DNA of 64,000 nucleotides. It comes from Azolla caroliniana. Taxonomy: Eukaryota > Plantae > Polypodiophyta. Position numbers and translations under genes: made by a program. The stretch lies in NCBI GenBank assembly GCA_043228905.1, contig JBHGNT010000016.1:9610001-9674000 (forward strand), given 5' to 3'. Positions 10,976 through 23,042 of the stretch are shown here, piece by piece. The notes under the pieces were generated by a model. The model did not search any database. It saw only the letters and a list, made by a program, of their open reading frames with translations, and was not told the DNA's origin. Position 1 is the first letter of the stretch. The number at the start of each line of letters is the position of its first letter.

Positions 10976-13900
10976 CCAGCAGTTAATATGGTGGTACCGG
11001 AAGTGGTGGATTTACAGCAAGTAACCACACGGTCGAAAGGCATGGCCAAAGAGTGGGAAACACAAGAGGCCATACGAAAACAGGCGACGGAATGGGTGAA
11101 GGAAGCCAATGAAAGGAACGTCGCGGACGCGGAACGGCAAAAGCCGAATACCATAGGGAATGTCGGCGGTAGCCACGTAGAAAACGAGACATGGCAAGCA
11201 CTGCAAGAATGTCAGATCACGTTGCCATTAGGAAGACTCTTGCAGCTCGTGCCGCGATTTACGGAAGGGCTAAAAACGGTCATGACAGACGGTATAGCCC
11301 CATCGGCACCAGTCCTCTTCTCGAATCCGGAGGAGGGACCGACGGTGGTGGACACTAGTAGTCCGGTGATTATAGCTATTGTCAAAGGGCACGAACTTCC
11401 CGGCACAGTAATCGATGGAGGTTCCGGGGTGAACGTAATAAGCCTCCGCACGTGTGATGCCTTGGGTATACATGAATGGGAGCCATGTCCGTTCTGGCTA
11501 CGGATGGCAGATACGAGCTCTGTACGGCTGACGGGCTTAATATGGAAATTGGAAGTCACCATAGGAGGTCACACATTTCACATCTCGGCTGTCGTGCTGC
11601 AGCTACAGGCGCAAGGCGAGTACCCACTATTGCTGGGCAGACCATGGTTGAAAACAGCACACATCAAGCAAAATTGGCGGAAAAATATGATTACCTTCCG
11701 GCGCGGAAAACCCAAGGTCCGGGTACCGACACAACCACGGATGAGCAACGGTAAGGAATGCACACCGCTGTATGCGGAATGCGTGAACATGCTTGAAGGG
11801 TTGGCAGACGACGAAGAAGCCCAGTACTTGGAGGAACACCCGAAGATCGTACCACTCTTCGAGATTGATGTAGCTGAAGCCGTAGCGCCATACTTGCCGT
11901 AGCGGGACGAAACCGAAGCCGAACCAGACAAAGATTCGATTCGGGAATTACGGCAAGCACAGGAAGCGTTGGAACGGGAAATGACCGTTTCCCAACGGGT
12001 AAAAACATCCCAGCTCGACGAAGTGAACCTAGGAAGCAAGGACGAATCAAAGCCGGTACACATCGCCAAAGAAATGAAGCCGGAAGATAAAGCGGCGATG
12101 ATCAAACTTCTCACGGAGTTTCGCGACGTATTCGCCTGGTCATACGAAGACATGCGAGGGCTGGACCCTCAATTATATCAGCATCAGATCCACTTAGGCA
12201 AGGACGCGAAACCAGTGGCGCAAAGACGTTACCGAATGAACCCCAACTACGCCGCCAAAGTGAAGGAGGAAATCGACAAACTCCTAAGAGTGGGCTTCAT
12301 CCGGCCGGTAAAGAAACCGACGTGGCTGAGCCCCATCGTCGTCGTCCCAAAGAAGAACGGTAAAATCCGTGTGTGTGTAGATTAAAGGAAACTAAATGCA
12401 GCCACAATTACGGATGCATTCCCTCTTCCGTTCACGGATGGAGTACTGGATGCCGTCGCCGGCCATGAAGTTTATAGTTTTTTAGACGGGTTCAGCGGAT
12501 ACAATCAAATCCGGATGCACCCTGACGACCAGGAGAAAACAACGTTCGTCACCGAATGGGGGGTGTTTGTGGCCGTAGTAATGATGTTCGGCCTAAAAAC
12601 GGCACCAGCAACTTTCCAGCGAATCATTATGGAGATCTTCGGGGAATACATTCCAGCCTTCATGCAGGTTTTCCTGGATGATTTTGCAGTCTATAGCCGG
12701 GAAAAAGACCATTTGCAGCACCTACGGTTATGCCTTGAAAAGTGTAGGTTATACCGGCTAAGCTTAAACCCAGCAAAATGCATCTTTGGGGTTTCAAGTG
12801 GAATCTTACTGGGACACATTGTAAATAAGGAGGGCATTGCGGTCGACCCGGACAAAGTAAACGCGATACTAGGGGCACCGGCGCCGAAAACGGCCAAAGC
12901 GCTAAGCCGATTCTTAGGACAGATCCGGTGGCACAGCCGGATGCTCCGTCACTTGGCTGACTTGGCTACACCATTACACACCGCGGTACATCGGACACCG
13001 TTCCAATGGACGGATACGGAGGATAAGGCATACAATGCCCTGAAGGTACTTTTGTCGCAAGCACCCGTTGTGCAGCCTCCGGATTGGAGCAAGGAATTTC
13101 ATGTGTTCGTGGACGCTTCCAACATTGCTATCGGCAGCGCCTTAATGCAACTTACGGAGCCTAAATGGTACCGGCCGGTATATTACGCCAGCCGGAAGCT
13201 GTCCCAAGCGGAGAAGAACTATTCGACTACGGAACGGGAGGCCCTGGGCATGATCTACAGTGTAACAAAGTTTCGTCATTACCTATTGGGAAGGAAGTTC
13301 TCCTTTCATGTGGATCACTCGGCGCTGCTGTACTTAGTGTCCAAGGCGTCCCTGACCGGTAAGTTGGCTCGTTGGACCTTGCTGTTGCAGGAGTTCGAAT
13401 TCGAGATCTTCCACCGGCCCGGTATTCAGCATGCCGTAGCAGACTACCTGAGCCGGTTAGAGTCCGGAGAATCAGGCGACGGAGTATCGGATGAATTCCC
13501 GGACGCAGAGTTATTTCGTATCACCCCGGAAACGGCAGCGGACGACACGGTGGCATCAGAAGATAGGTGGCTGACAAACATGCACCAGTTCCTAAGCACG
13601 GGCCTGCCACCGGAGGAAATGAACCGGGACGAGAGGAAATGACTGGCGGTGCAGAGCCGCAATTTCTGTCTGTTACGGGACACTCTCTACCACAAAGGAG
13701 CAGATGGAATATGGAGACGGGCAGTCCGTAGTGACGAGAAATAAGTAATCTTACGGGGAAGCACACTGTGGGGTTGCCGGAGGACACTATGCCGGGGAAG
13801 CGACGACAAGGAAGGTATGGCAGAGCGGCTTATGGTGGCCCACGGCGTTAAAAGACGCCGTCAAGTACGCTAAGGAATGTGACCTATGCCAACGAATGGG

Positions 13901-14939
13901 CCAGCCTACGGAGCAAGCACGGATGCCACACCAACCGGTACTTCCACTAGAGCCATTCCAGAAATGGGGGTTGGATTTTGTCGGACCGTTCAAGCCACCG
14001 GCAATGAGAACGGGTAATCGTTATGTCATCGTGGCAACAGATTATTGCACTAAATGGGTGGAGGCTAAGGCCTTGAAAGACAACACCGCGTCATCCACAG
14101 CAAAATTCCTGTACGAGAACATTTGGTGCCGATATGGATGTCCGATTGAATTAATCAGCGACCAAGGAGGGCACTTCCTCGGCCAGGTAGTTGAAAGCTT
14201 AACAACGTTCTATGCCGTGGTCCATAAACGGAGCACACCGTACTACCCACAAGCGAACGGTTTAGCAGAGTCCACCAACAAAACGCTGCAGAACATTCTC
14301 CGCAAAATCGTCAATGAAAACCGGACGGACTGGGATACAAAGCTCCATAGCGCGCTATGGGCGTACCGAACGGCATACAAAACAAGTATCCGGACAACGC
14401 CGTTCCGGTTAGCGTTCGGCTTAGAGGCGGTCATGCCGGTGGAATTTCAGGTACCAAGCCTACGGATCCAACTACGGGAACGGCTGAATGAAAAGGAGTC
14501 GGAGGAAATGCGGCTAGCAGCACTATGCGAACTGGAGGAGCAACGACTGGCCAGCATCCTACACATGGAACTGGAGCAACGACGACGGAAAGCGTTCGTT
14601 GACCGTCACCGGAAAGGTAATGAGAAGATGTTCGAAATCGGAAAGTCGGTGCTAGTATTCCAAACGAGGATGGGCAAGATGCCGGGTAAACTCCGGTTTA
14701 GATGGACAGGCCCGTATTGGCTGACACGGGAATACAACGGGTCATATCAGTTAGGGACACTTGCCGGTGAAGTGCTAGGCAAGTGGGTCAACGGATTTAG
14801 ACTAAAGCCCTATAAAGGACCGATGCCAAATAACCCGTTTATGCAGCCCACCGGCACTATACCGGGAACGGTACGGATGGAAAAAAAAAGACGACGGGGA
14901 ACCCGTAGCAGAGGCGAAGGAAGACACGGCAACCTGTAA
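10976..14939 (+). pseudogene. pol: pol of C (PR-RT-RH-INT) disrupted by in-frame stops and one frameshift; integrase core open
   Basis: VIDGGSG protease, FLDD RT, VDAS RNase H, integrase WGLDF/SDQG/WTGPY, no chromodomain; stops at 10973, 11900, 12383, 13640, 13742 and +1 shift near 13755. Confidence 0.93.
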
Positions 14940-15352
14940 GGAAAACGGTAAGGGTCTGAAGGGACCTACGGATGTGTAAGATCACATACCGTCAATTAAA
15001 AAAGAAAAAAAAAAAAAAAAAAAAATCATTAAAAATCGAGGTATGAACGGACGTGAAAGCAAGGAGCAAAAAGGTACGAAGTGGGCATTTAAGAGCCACC
15101 ACATTACTTAATACTAAATTGGTACACGACGTGCGCATGCTCGAAAAAGGCGCCAAGACGCATAGAGAAAAAGAAGAACGCATGGAGACCTTTTTTTTTC
15201 GCGAGCCAAGAAGCACAGAAGCACCAAGGCAGTGGAAGCTTAGCAAACGCGAACCTGCACGCAGAGAACCCCCACGTTCGGAACGCTCTCTCTCTCGCTC
15301 TCACTCTCATCACCACTCTACCTCGCCATCTTTCCTCGACCTCGAAGCAGAC

Positions 15353-17950
15353 ATGGAACCACAAACGCTGTCGGAAGCGGCCAGGAAATGGCTCAAGCAA
15401 CACGGACTGGATGGGTTCCTGACCATCATGGAGGCACCACCGCACAGAGAAGCCGACCAGGTCATCAAGGAGCTCGACACGGAAGTCATCACAGAGGAAG
15501 CGATCCGTGCGCTAACAGGCCTTCCGGAGGGAGGTATTTTTCAGATTGATAACCCAACCTCGGAGCAACTCATCCGATATTTCGGTGAGTACTCTGTAGC
15601 CGGCAAAGGCTATCGAACGCAGGGCGGCGAAGATCCGCTATTCAGGGAGATAGCTCGGGTGCTCCATGAGTACGGCCACGTGTACCCCCGATCCCCTGTC
15701 ATGCCAAAAAATCGGGCAGGGATGATCATAGCCACCTATGAAGGGATCAAGGTGGACTGGCCGATGTTGATTGCAGACGGTTTGTGCACGGCAATCGACA
15801 TGGTACGAGGAAAGGACGGCAAGGAGGGCCGGAAGCTGTGGCATGCCGTAGCTCAATGGATAACATTGCTCGTGCCGCCGATCGAGACCGTTCAGCCAAA
15901 GAAGCGGCCAAGATTATCGGAAGGAAGAACCTCGAAGCCGGCGTCCAAACGACAGCAGCTGCTGGCGGCGAAGGCGACGAAAGGGAAGAAACGGCTCCCA
16001 GAACCGGAGGAGGTGTCACCGGTCCGACCCGTTAAGATAACCATACGGCGACCGGGACAGAAGGAACCGGAACCCTTGACGGCACAGAAACATGCCGTTA
16101 CCCAGGAAGAGGAAACGGAGGAGCCAGAAGAGCACCTCCAACGACGGTCAAGAAGTAGGACCGCCGGGACAGCGGGGGAGCGGTCGGACCCGCAAAAGGA
16201 AGAAACGCCCCCAACTCAACCTGAGCAAACCACAAGGGAGGAACCGGAACCGGTGCGTATGGAACTGGCCTTGTCGACGGCTCCGGAGACGGCGAGAACC
16301 GAAACTCAACAGCCGGCGAGCCCAGCCAGCACACACGGCGGCCAAGGAGTAGAACCAGAACAGCAGATACAGGCACTCAGGCCAGACAATTCCACAGTGA
16401 ATGAGCCGACCCGACCAGTACAGCAGCAAGGCACCAGTAGCATGTGGCTACGGTGGGTAGGCGAGCAAATCGCCGGAGCGGTCGAGTACATAGAGGCGGA
16501 GGAGAGAGCGCACCAAGAACGGTTGCTCGTCACAACCGTAGATCTAGAGACGGCCCGGTCCAGAATCCGGAGCCTTGAACAAGACTTGGACAGGGTCACA
16601 AGGGAAATGGCTCAATTGGCTTTGACAACACAAGTCCAAGCACCGGTGACTCCGGGCAATGTACAGAATAAAGCGTCAGATCAACCTGTACATAGCAATC
16701 AGACCCCGGCAACGGAAACCGTTCCGGAGAGAAATGCGGCACAAGCCCAAGAGCTTGCGGACTTAAAGGATGAGCTAGCTGCCCAAGAAGCGCTGAGGAG
16801 CCGCGAAAGAGAGTTGAAGACGGCAGCGGAGACAGAACTCAAAAAGACTGCTGAGAAGCTACGCTTGGCCGAGGAGAGCTTACGAAAAGGCCACCAAGCG
16901 TACGACCGGCTCAAGGAGAAGAAGGAGAAAATGCTGCAAGAGAAGGACAGGCTCCGGAGAAACGCCGAAACAGAAGTAGAGCGCCTGAAAGAGGAACTCC
17001 GGCAGCTAAAGGACCGGGAGGACCGGAACCATCGCCAGATCAACGGCAAGCTCAAACAAAAAACGGAGGAATTTGAGCACTTGCACCGGGAGTATAAACG
17101 GTTGCAAACGGAGCACAAGGAACGGACAGATGAGCTCCGGCAAGCAGTTGATCGGACCGCAACGGCATACGCTAAGGAACAAGCGGAAACCAGAAGACGG
17201 TTGGAAGAGGCGGAGAAGGTTCGGACAGAGCTCCTCAGGCAACAGCAGGCGGAAAAAGAAAGAGCGGCGGAGGTACTGCAGAGGCTGCAAACAACTTATC
17301 AAGGGCAGCTAACGCGCTACAGAGAGCAGGCGGAGGATACAGCTAATCTCATTAAGCAGTTGAAGGAGGAACGACAAGTTGTGGAAAGTAGAGCGCAAAT
17401 GGGAGCAAGTCGCATCCAGGATATCATGCGGGCCTGGTTGAACCAGACCAAGAGCTTGATTGACAACGGTTCCGTCAAATGGTGGACCAAGTGGGCCACG
17501 AACGCGGCGGAACTCCAATTGCTCCGGGCTGACGTAGAGAACCGGCGGAAGGAGGGAGATGATTGCTATATGCTGACTTCCGAAGACTTCACCGGCATAA
17601 GAGATGAGCTGGCCGAAGACTTTCAAGCCTTTGCAGAGGACCAACTAGAGCAAGTCCGGCAACTTGTAGCTCAGCTGGACGACGACAGGCTGGAGGCGCA
17701 GATCCAGTTTGAAAGCTATGAGAGGTCCCGGATCCGGGAAGAGAAAGCACGAGAACCGGTTACGGTCAACCTCAGTGATGAGGAACCGGTACTGGAAGGA
17801 GACCGGACCGGAAGCAGTCAAACGAAGATGCCGGAGTCAGAGAAACAAACGAAGCAGCCGCCTATAGAGCAGCCGGAGCAGTCTCAGTCCCAACCGCAAC
17901 CACAGCAGCAGCAGCAAGCACAGCCGCAACAACCACAACCGGAAGAATAA
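15353..17950 (+). CDS. Extra sense ORF (ORF3) of C: N-terminal transposon-associated globular domain, disordered linker, long coiled coil
   Basis: Open frame 15053-17950, likely start MEPQTLSE at 15353; degenerate homolog in B (PKKGACLMITAYRGEAIDW vs PKNRAGMIIATYEGIKVDW). Confidence 0.8.
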   Translation: MEPQTLSEAARKWLKQHGLDGFLTIMEAPPHREADQVIKELDTEVITEEAIRALTGLPEGGIFQIDNPTSEQLIRYFGEYSVAGKGYRTQGGEDPLFREIARVLHEYGHVYPRSPVMPKNRAGMIIATYEGIKVDWPMLIADGLCTAIDMVRGKDGKEGRKLWHAVAQWITLLVPPIETVQPKKRPRLSEGRTSKPASKRQQLLAAKATKGKKRLPEPEEVSPVRPVKITIRRPGQKEPEPLTAQKHAVTQEEETEEPEEHLQRRSRSRTAGTAGERSDPQKEETPPTQPEQTTREEPEPVRMELALSTAPETARTETQQPASPASTHGGQGVEPEQQIQALRPDNSTVNEPTRPVQQQGTSSMWLRWVGEQIAGAVEYIEAEERAHQERLLVTTVDLETARSRIRSLEQDLDRVTREMAQLALTTQVQAPVTPGNVQNKASDQPVHSNQTPATETVPERNAAQAQELADLKDELAAQEALRSRERELKTAAETELKKTAEKLRLAEESLRKGHQAYDRLKEKKEKMLQEKDRLRRNAETEVERLKEELRQLKDREDRNHRQINGKLKQKTEEFEHLHREYKRLQTEHKERTDELRQAVDRTATAYAKEQAETRRRLEEAEKVRTELLRQQQAEKERAAEVLQRLQTTYQGQLTRYREQAEDTANLIKQLKEERQVVESRAQMGASRIQDIMRAWLNQTKSLIDNGSVKWWTKWATNAAELQLLRADVENRRKEGDDCYMLTSEDFTGIRDELAEDFQAFAEDQLEQVRQLVAQLDDDRLEAQIQFESYERSRIREEKAREPVTVNLSDEEPVLEGDRTGSSQTKMPESEKQTKQPPIEQPEQSQSQPQPQQQQQAQPQQPQPEE

Positions 17951-18010
17951 TTGGAAACTCTGGAACAAGATATTTTGGACAATTTGGGTGAACGATGAAG
18001 GGGCCGAGAA

Positions 18011-18048
18011 GGGTTCGACGTACAAGGTACTGTCCCACGGGCGTGCCA
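18011..18048 (+). other. tRNA-Arg-like 3' end (T-loop, hairpin insert, ...GGGCGTGCCA) at the PPT position of C
   Basis: GGGTTCGA-CGTACAAGGTACT-GTCCCACGGGCGTGCCA, then TG, then the LTR. Confidence 0.8.
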
Positions 18049-18050
18049 TG

Positions 18051-18469
18051 TGTTACCGGCCGGCAAGGAGTCCAAAATACGGAGTGAAGGAGTTAATTAA
18101 GTATGGTTGTAAATAAGCATAGTGTGGACGGACGGACTGGAAACGGTATGCCGTTCCAGATCCGGACGGATCCCGAATAGGTGCGATAGGCACCGTTTTG
18201 TACTACGGGCCGGAAACCTATTTAAAGGCCCGGACCCCATTGTAATCGCAGCGGATAATTAATAGAGCTTATGGTGTTTATACTTCTGTGTTGATTTCCG
18301 TTCTGTAATTACTGTTATATCTTACGCGTCTAATTAACCCAAGCACTCTAATCGTGTAACCTACGTAAGTCGGTGTAATCGTTGAATCTTAATCCTATGC
18401 CGTAATCACCCTTTGGTGAAGTGTCTCCGTGACACCTTGTGTTAGGCCTTGTCCGGTCAGAGAATAACA
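18051..18469 (+). repeat. 3' LTR of C
   Basis: Matches 8635-9053. Confidence 0.97.
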
Positions 18470-19940
18470 CCAGTCGATTAGCACAGTCGATGTTTGTTCT
18501 TCACGAATTCGACTTCGACATCCAACATTGATTAGGGGTCCAACATGCTGTAGCGGATTACCTTAGCCGTCTCGAATCTTGGGAACCAGTCGAAACAGAA
18601 TATGATGACTTACCTGACGCCAACTTGATCACCCTCGACACTACAACCCTGTATGCTGATCACGAAGATGCCTAGATTACGGACATGACACATTTCTTAA
18701 GCACCGGCCTCTCAATAGAACATGTAACGTTAGACGCCAAGAAACGATTGGCAGTCCGAAGCGGTAATTTTGGCTTGTTTACGAGCACTCTCTATCATAA
18801 AGGCTCGGACGACATTTGGAGACATGCAGGACGACAATTAGAGAAAGATGCAGTTCTATGCGAAGCCCACCACGACATTGTCGGCGGTCACTATGCGCGT
18901 GATGCCACAGCTCGGAAAATTTGGCAAAGCGGATTATGGTGGCCTACCACGAAAAAAGATGCCCACGAATTCTGTAAACAATGCGATCTCGGTCCAACCG
19001 AGTGAACAAGACGAAATGCCGCACCAACCAATCCTCCCTTTGAAACCCTTCCAAAAATGGGGATTGGATTTTGTAGGCCCATTCAAACCAGCCACAACAC
19101 ATACACGTAACAACGATATAATCGTGGCGACCGATTATTGCATAAAATGGGTCGAAACGAAAGCACTCCACGACAACATGACCGTGTCAATAGCTAAATT
19201 CATGTATGAATATTTGTGGTGTCATTTTGGATGCCCAATCAAACTGGTGAGTGCTCAAGGAGGACACTTTCTCAATCGGCTTATCCGCGATTAAACCTCC
19301 CATTATGCGGTGGTTCACAGGAAAAGTACTCCCTACTATCCTCAAATGAACGGGTTGGCCAAGTCCAGGAACAAAACACTACAGACCATTCTCAAGAAGA
19401 TCGTAAACGAGCGTCGGATGGATTGGGACAACAAATGACATTGTGCACTGTGGGCTTATCGCACTGCGTTCAAGATCAGCATCGGGTCAACGTCCTTTCA
19501 AATGGCTTTTGGCTTGGAAGTCGTCATGTCGATCGAGTTCCAAGTTCTGAGTCTCTAGGTGCAAATGATTGAACAATTGTCTAAATCGAGTCAGAACAAC
19601 GACTGGAACAACTACTCGAACTTGGGGAAGAGTGCATCGTCAGTTTCGCCAAATTGGAGCACGACCAACGAAGACGGAAAGATTTCGTAGATTGACATCG
19701 TTGTGATCCCGAAAAATCTTTCGAAATCGGCTAACCAATCCTAGTGTTCCAAATACGGCTAGGAAAATGCCGGGAAAACTTCGTTTGTGGTGCACGGGAC
19801 CATTTTGGATTATTCTCACTTTCAAAGGCATGCTCGAGCTTATCACACTGGCCGTGGAGACATTGAAGAATTGGTTCAACGGATTTTGGGTGAAACTGTA
19901 TTGTGGACCGACACCACCGAACCCCTTTGCCAAACACAAG
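18470..19940 (+). pseudogene. pol: RNase H end and integrase of B (degenerate)
   Basis: GGHYA, WGLDFVGPF, MPGKLRLWCTGPFW; stops and frameshifts. Confidence 0.88.
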
Positions 19941-20189
19941 CACGGCCAGGACCAGCTAGTGGTAGGTGAAACTATGAATACCGGGGGCAGCATGCCCTAA
20001 TCACAGTAAATTCCTACCAACTTAGTTATAAAAAAAGAAGAAGAGACCAACTCATTATTTAAAGGCATAGTACGCCATACGAAAAAAAGCAAGTACTATT
20101 GGTTCAGATGATGCGTGGTCCTTAACTCCCAATATGGTAGGGATGATTATGAATCAAGGGTATAGGGCCACAACTCGAGAACCAAGGCA

Positions 20190-22950
20190 CACATATGGCA
20201 CACATAGACAGAGCTCTCATTTGTGCAAAGGTGCCAATGCTCTCTCATCTTCTGCTCAAACTCCTTCTCGCTCCCAAACTCCGCACTTGGCTCAGCAAGC
20301 ATGTCTTGGGAGGATACCTCTGCGTCATCAACGCCACTCGACACCCCGACGCACAGGCAGTCGCCATGAGGGTGCATTCTAACACCATCACCAATATTCT
20401 AATCCACTCGGGACTTAGTTTGAAGTGTGGGGGCGAACATGATGTCGACGCTCCGCCACAACACATTCTAGAGCAATATTTCGGAGAATACTTCGCATTT
20501 GCGAAGCCCATTGCATGTATGGAAGCCCCAATGTATTCTTCGGAAATCTCACCCATATCCTTTTGGAGTTTGGATGCGTGACCACCAATACATATAACGT
20601 ACCAAAGAAAGGGGCATGCTTAATGATCACGGCATATCGAGGTGAAGCTATCGATTGGAGGATACTCACTGGGGAAGGAACTTGTGTCGCGTTAGCCTCC
20701 TTCCAATCAGGTAAGTGGTTCCTTCTGGCATTGGCACAATACATAGCTGTGCTTTACCCTCTCAAACACCGATCCCACAACACCAAAAATTGGCGCTTCC
20801 CGCTCCCCCCACTCAGCCCAAGCGACAACAAACCTTGCAGTTGCCGCAAGAAGAATGGAACGACGATACTCCAACCCAAACCCCTACTTCAACACAGGCC
20901 GAGACAACCATGGAAGATATCAATAACATTACGATCTGCGGCCGCGACAAGCCCATCACCCCCTCACCCAAAGTCACTTCACCACGCATTACCCATAGCC
21001 CAAGACCGAGCAACCAGACCGAGAGCCGCAAACTTGCTCCGGAGACTTCCCGATCAACAAGATCCCAAATGAAGAGAAATCACGAGGAACGTGCCGCTCC
21101 AAAGATCTTGGCCACGAAACGCCGCCAAATTGACCGTCGCAGCAACGACCATACAACAAGGGAATCCACAGCTAAAGATAGCCAGCTGGTCCTCGTCCCG
21201 GACAAATCCATGACGGTAGTTTCAAACACCACGTTGGCCCTCAACAAACCAATCGAACAAGGACAATAATCGCGATTCTTGAAAAATGAAGTACTAACCT
21301 TCAAGGATCTTCTCGGAGAGGCATACGAGCTCGGTGCCATTTTGCAGCACGACATGGCTTACGAGCTCATCGACTTCTTGGCTCATCTCCAAGTCGATGC
21401 CGTGACCCACGTGGCCCAAGAACACGCCAAGCAACAACTATTCAAAAGGGCATTGGATAACGAGCAGGCTTTGGACGATGAGCCAAAATTACAAAAGGTG
21501 GGGCATAAACGGGCCATGAACAAAGGATGCACCTGTATTGAGCTTCCAAAGCTTAACACAGCACTTGTGGACACATATCGTGAACTAGACACAACATTGC
21601 ACGCAACAAAAGACATGGCTGCCAACTGTCAATTAGCGTGCCCGCAAGCAAAGACCACCATAGATTTGTGGCAAGCATCCGAGACCCAGAGGACCGAACT
21701 CGACCAACAGCTCCGAGCAATAGGTCAAACCGCCGTGCTCGCTTTATCCCTCCCACTTCCATCCCACACAAAGCGTCGACCCAAACGGAACTAGCATGTT
21801 GCGTCGAGCTGGTCGATATAGCCACTCAAACCGACCCAACCAGCCTTTGCGAACAAACGACGGTATCTGCTCAAAACGAGGAAAATATCAACATGGCCAT
21901 TCACAACTATGAAGAAGATATCACCCTACACAAGGCCATAGAACACTACGAGCAGGCCAGAGAGGAGGCTAAGAAGATAAAGGAGCAGACTGGAAAGAGG
22001 GAAGCCGAACTACAGAAACTACCTCACGATCGGACGGTCGAGCTCCAAGAGGCCGAAAACAACGCCACAACATGTCTTAAGTCTATACAGGACACCGTTG
22101 TCGCACAAGTCACATCTCTAAACAGGGAGTTCATGGAATTACAGGTATGCTCCAATCAGTTCCTGCAAAAACTGGACCAAACCGAGTAAGAGCGATGCTA
22201 ACTAGTGGACTCCCTTCACAAACATCAAATGAACTCAACGTTGGAACTCGAAAGGCAATGCGAGCAGTATTTGAAGGAATGAGTTGATAGCATGGATCTT
22301 CTCCTCCGCCGGTTCGACCAATTAATGGCCGAAACAGAGGCGAGGATAGCCGCCCTCAACACGTCGTGTAAGATCATAAAAGTCAAATTACATCGGGAGG
22401 CGGAAGAAGCTAAAAGGTAAACGACATGCATGAGGAACGAATCCATGCCTTGGTTGTCAAACAATGACAGAAGCTCAACCAGAAGGTCGAAGAGACTCTC
22501 GCTAGCGGCTGGAAGGAATGGTCAGCTCAACTTGCTAAACTCCAGGTGTTACGGGCTGACGTTGAGAATCTAAAGAAAGAAGGTCTCAGTTTCTACAAAA
22601 TGGATGAAAATAGTATACAAATGGTTTGAGAAGACCTCACCGAGGACTTCCAAGCCTTGGCAAAAATGCACACCATGGCAATCAGAAGCCTTCTTGAGGA
22701 ATTCAACGACGACCAACTATTGTTGATGCTTGAAACCAAATGGGCCTTCACGGAAACGGCACGACAACCAAACCACAAAGAGGAAGCCCCCACCCCACCA
22801 GAAACGAGGCCAGATATCGACCACGAACCCGATTTTTTGGCCGTGGAGAGCCCACAAAATGAGCCGGAACCAGATATACTGATGGCTACGACGGAGGACA
22901 AAACCGTGCACCCGACCTCCGAAGGCATCCTCGACATTTTGATAGAAGAC
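20190..22950 (+). pseudogene. Degenerate extra ORF3 of B
   Basis: Fragments similar to C ORF3 (WLSKHVLGGYL, AYRGEAIDW, coiled coil, LQVLRADVENLKKEG). Confidence 0.7.
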
Positions 22951-22998
22951 TCAGTGTACCATTTCCATTTTACGGCTCTTTTTATTTTGTTCGTTTTT

Positions 22999-23040
22999 TG
23001 TGAGTTCGACATGCAAAGGCACTGTCCCACGGGTGTGCCA
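22999..23040 (+). other. tRNA-Arg-like 3' end at the PPT position of B
   Basis: TGTGAGTTCGA-CATGCAAAGGCACT-GTCCCACGGGTGTGCCA, then GG, then the LTR. Confidence 0.75.
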
Positions 23041-23042
23041 GG

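Larger units (their letters stand above)
8635..18469 (+). mobile_element. Very young full-length Ty3/Gypsy element C with an extra 3' ORF
   Basis: 419-bp LTRs 8635-9053 and 18051-18469 with no difference seen by eye; perfect TSD CCAGT; inserted in B RNase H. Confidence 0.97.

Noticed and set aside
15053-17950. Envelope gene
   Set aside because: No visible signal peptide or transmembrane segment; mostly charged coiled coil
17975-18048. Complete tRNA gene before the 3' LTR
   Set aside because: Only T-arm and 3' acceptor strand similarity; no 5' acceptor strand, D arm or anticodon arm
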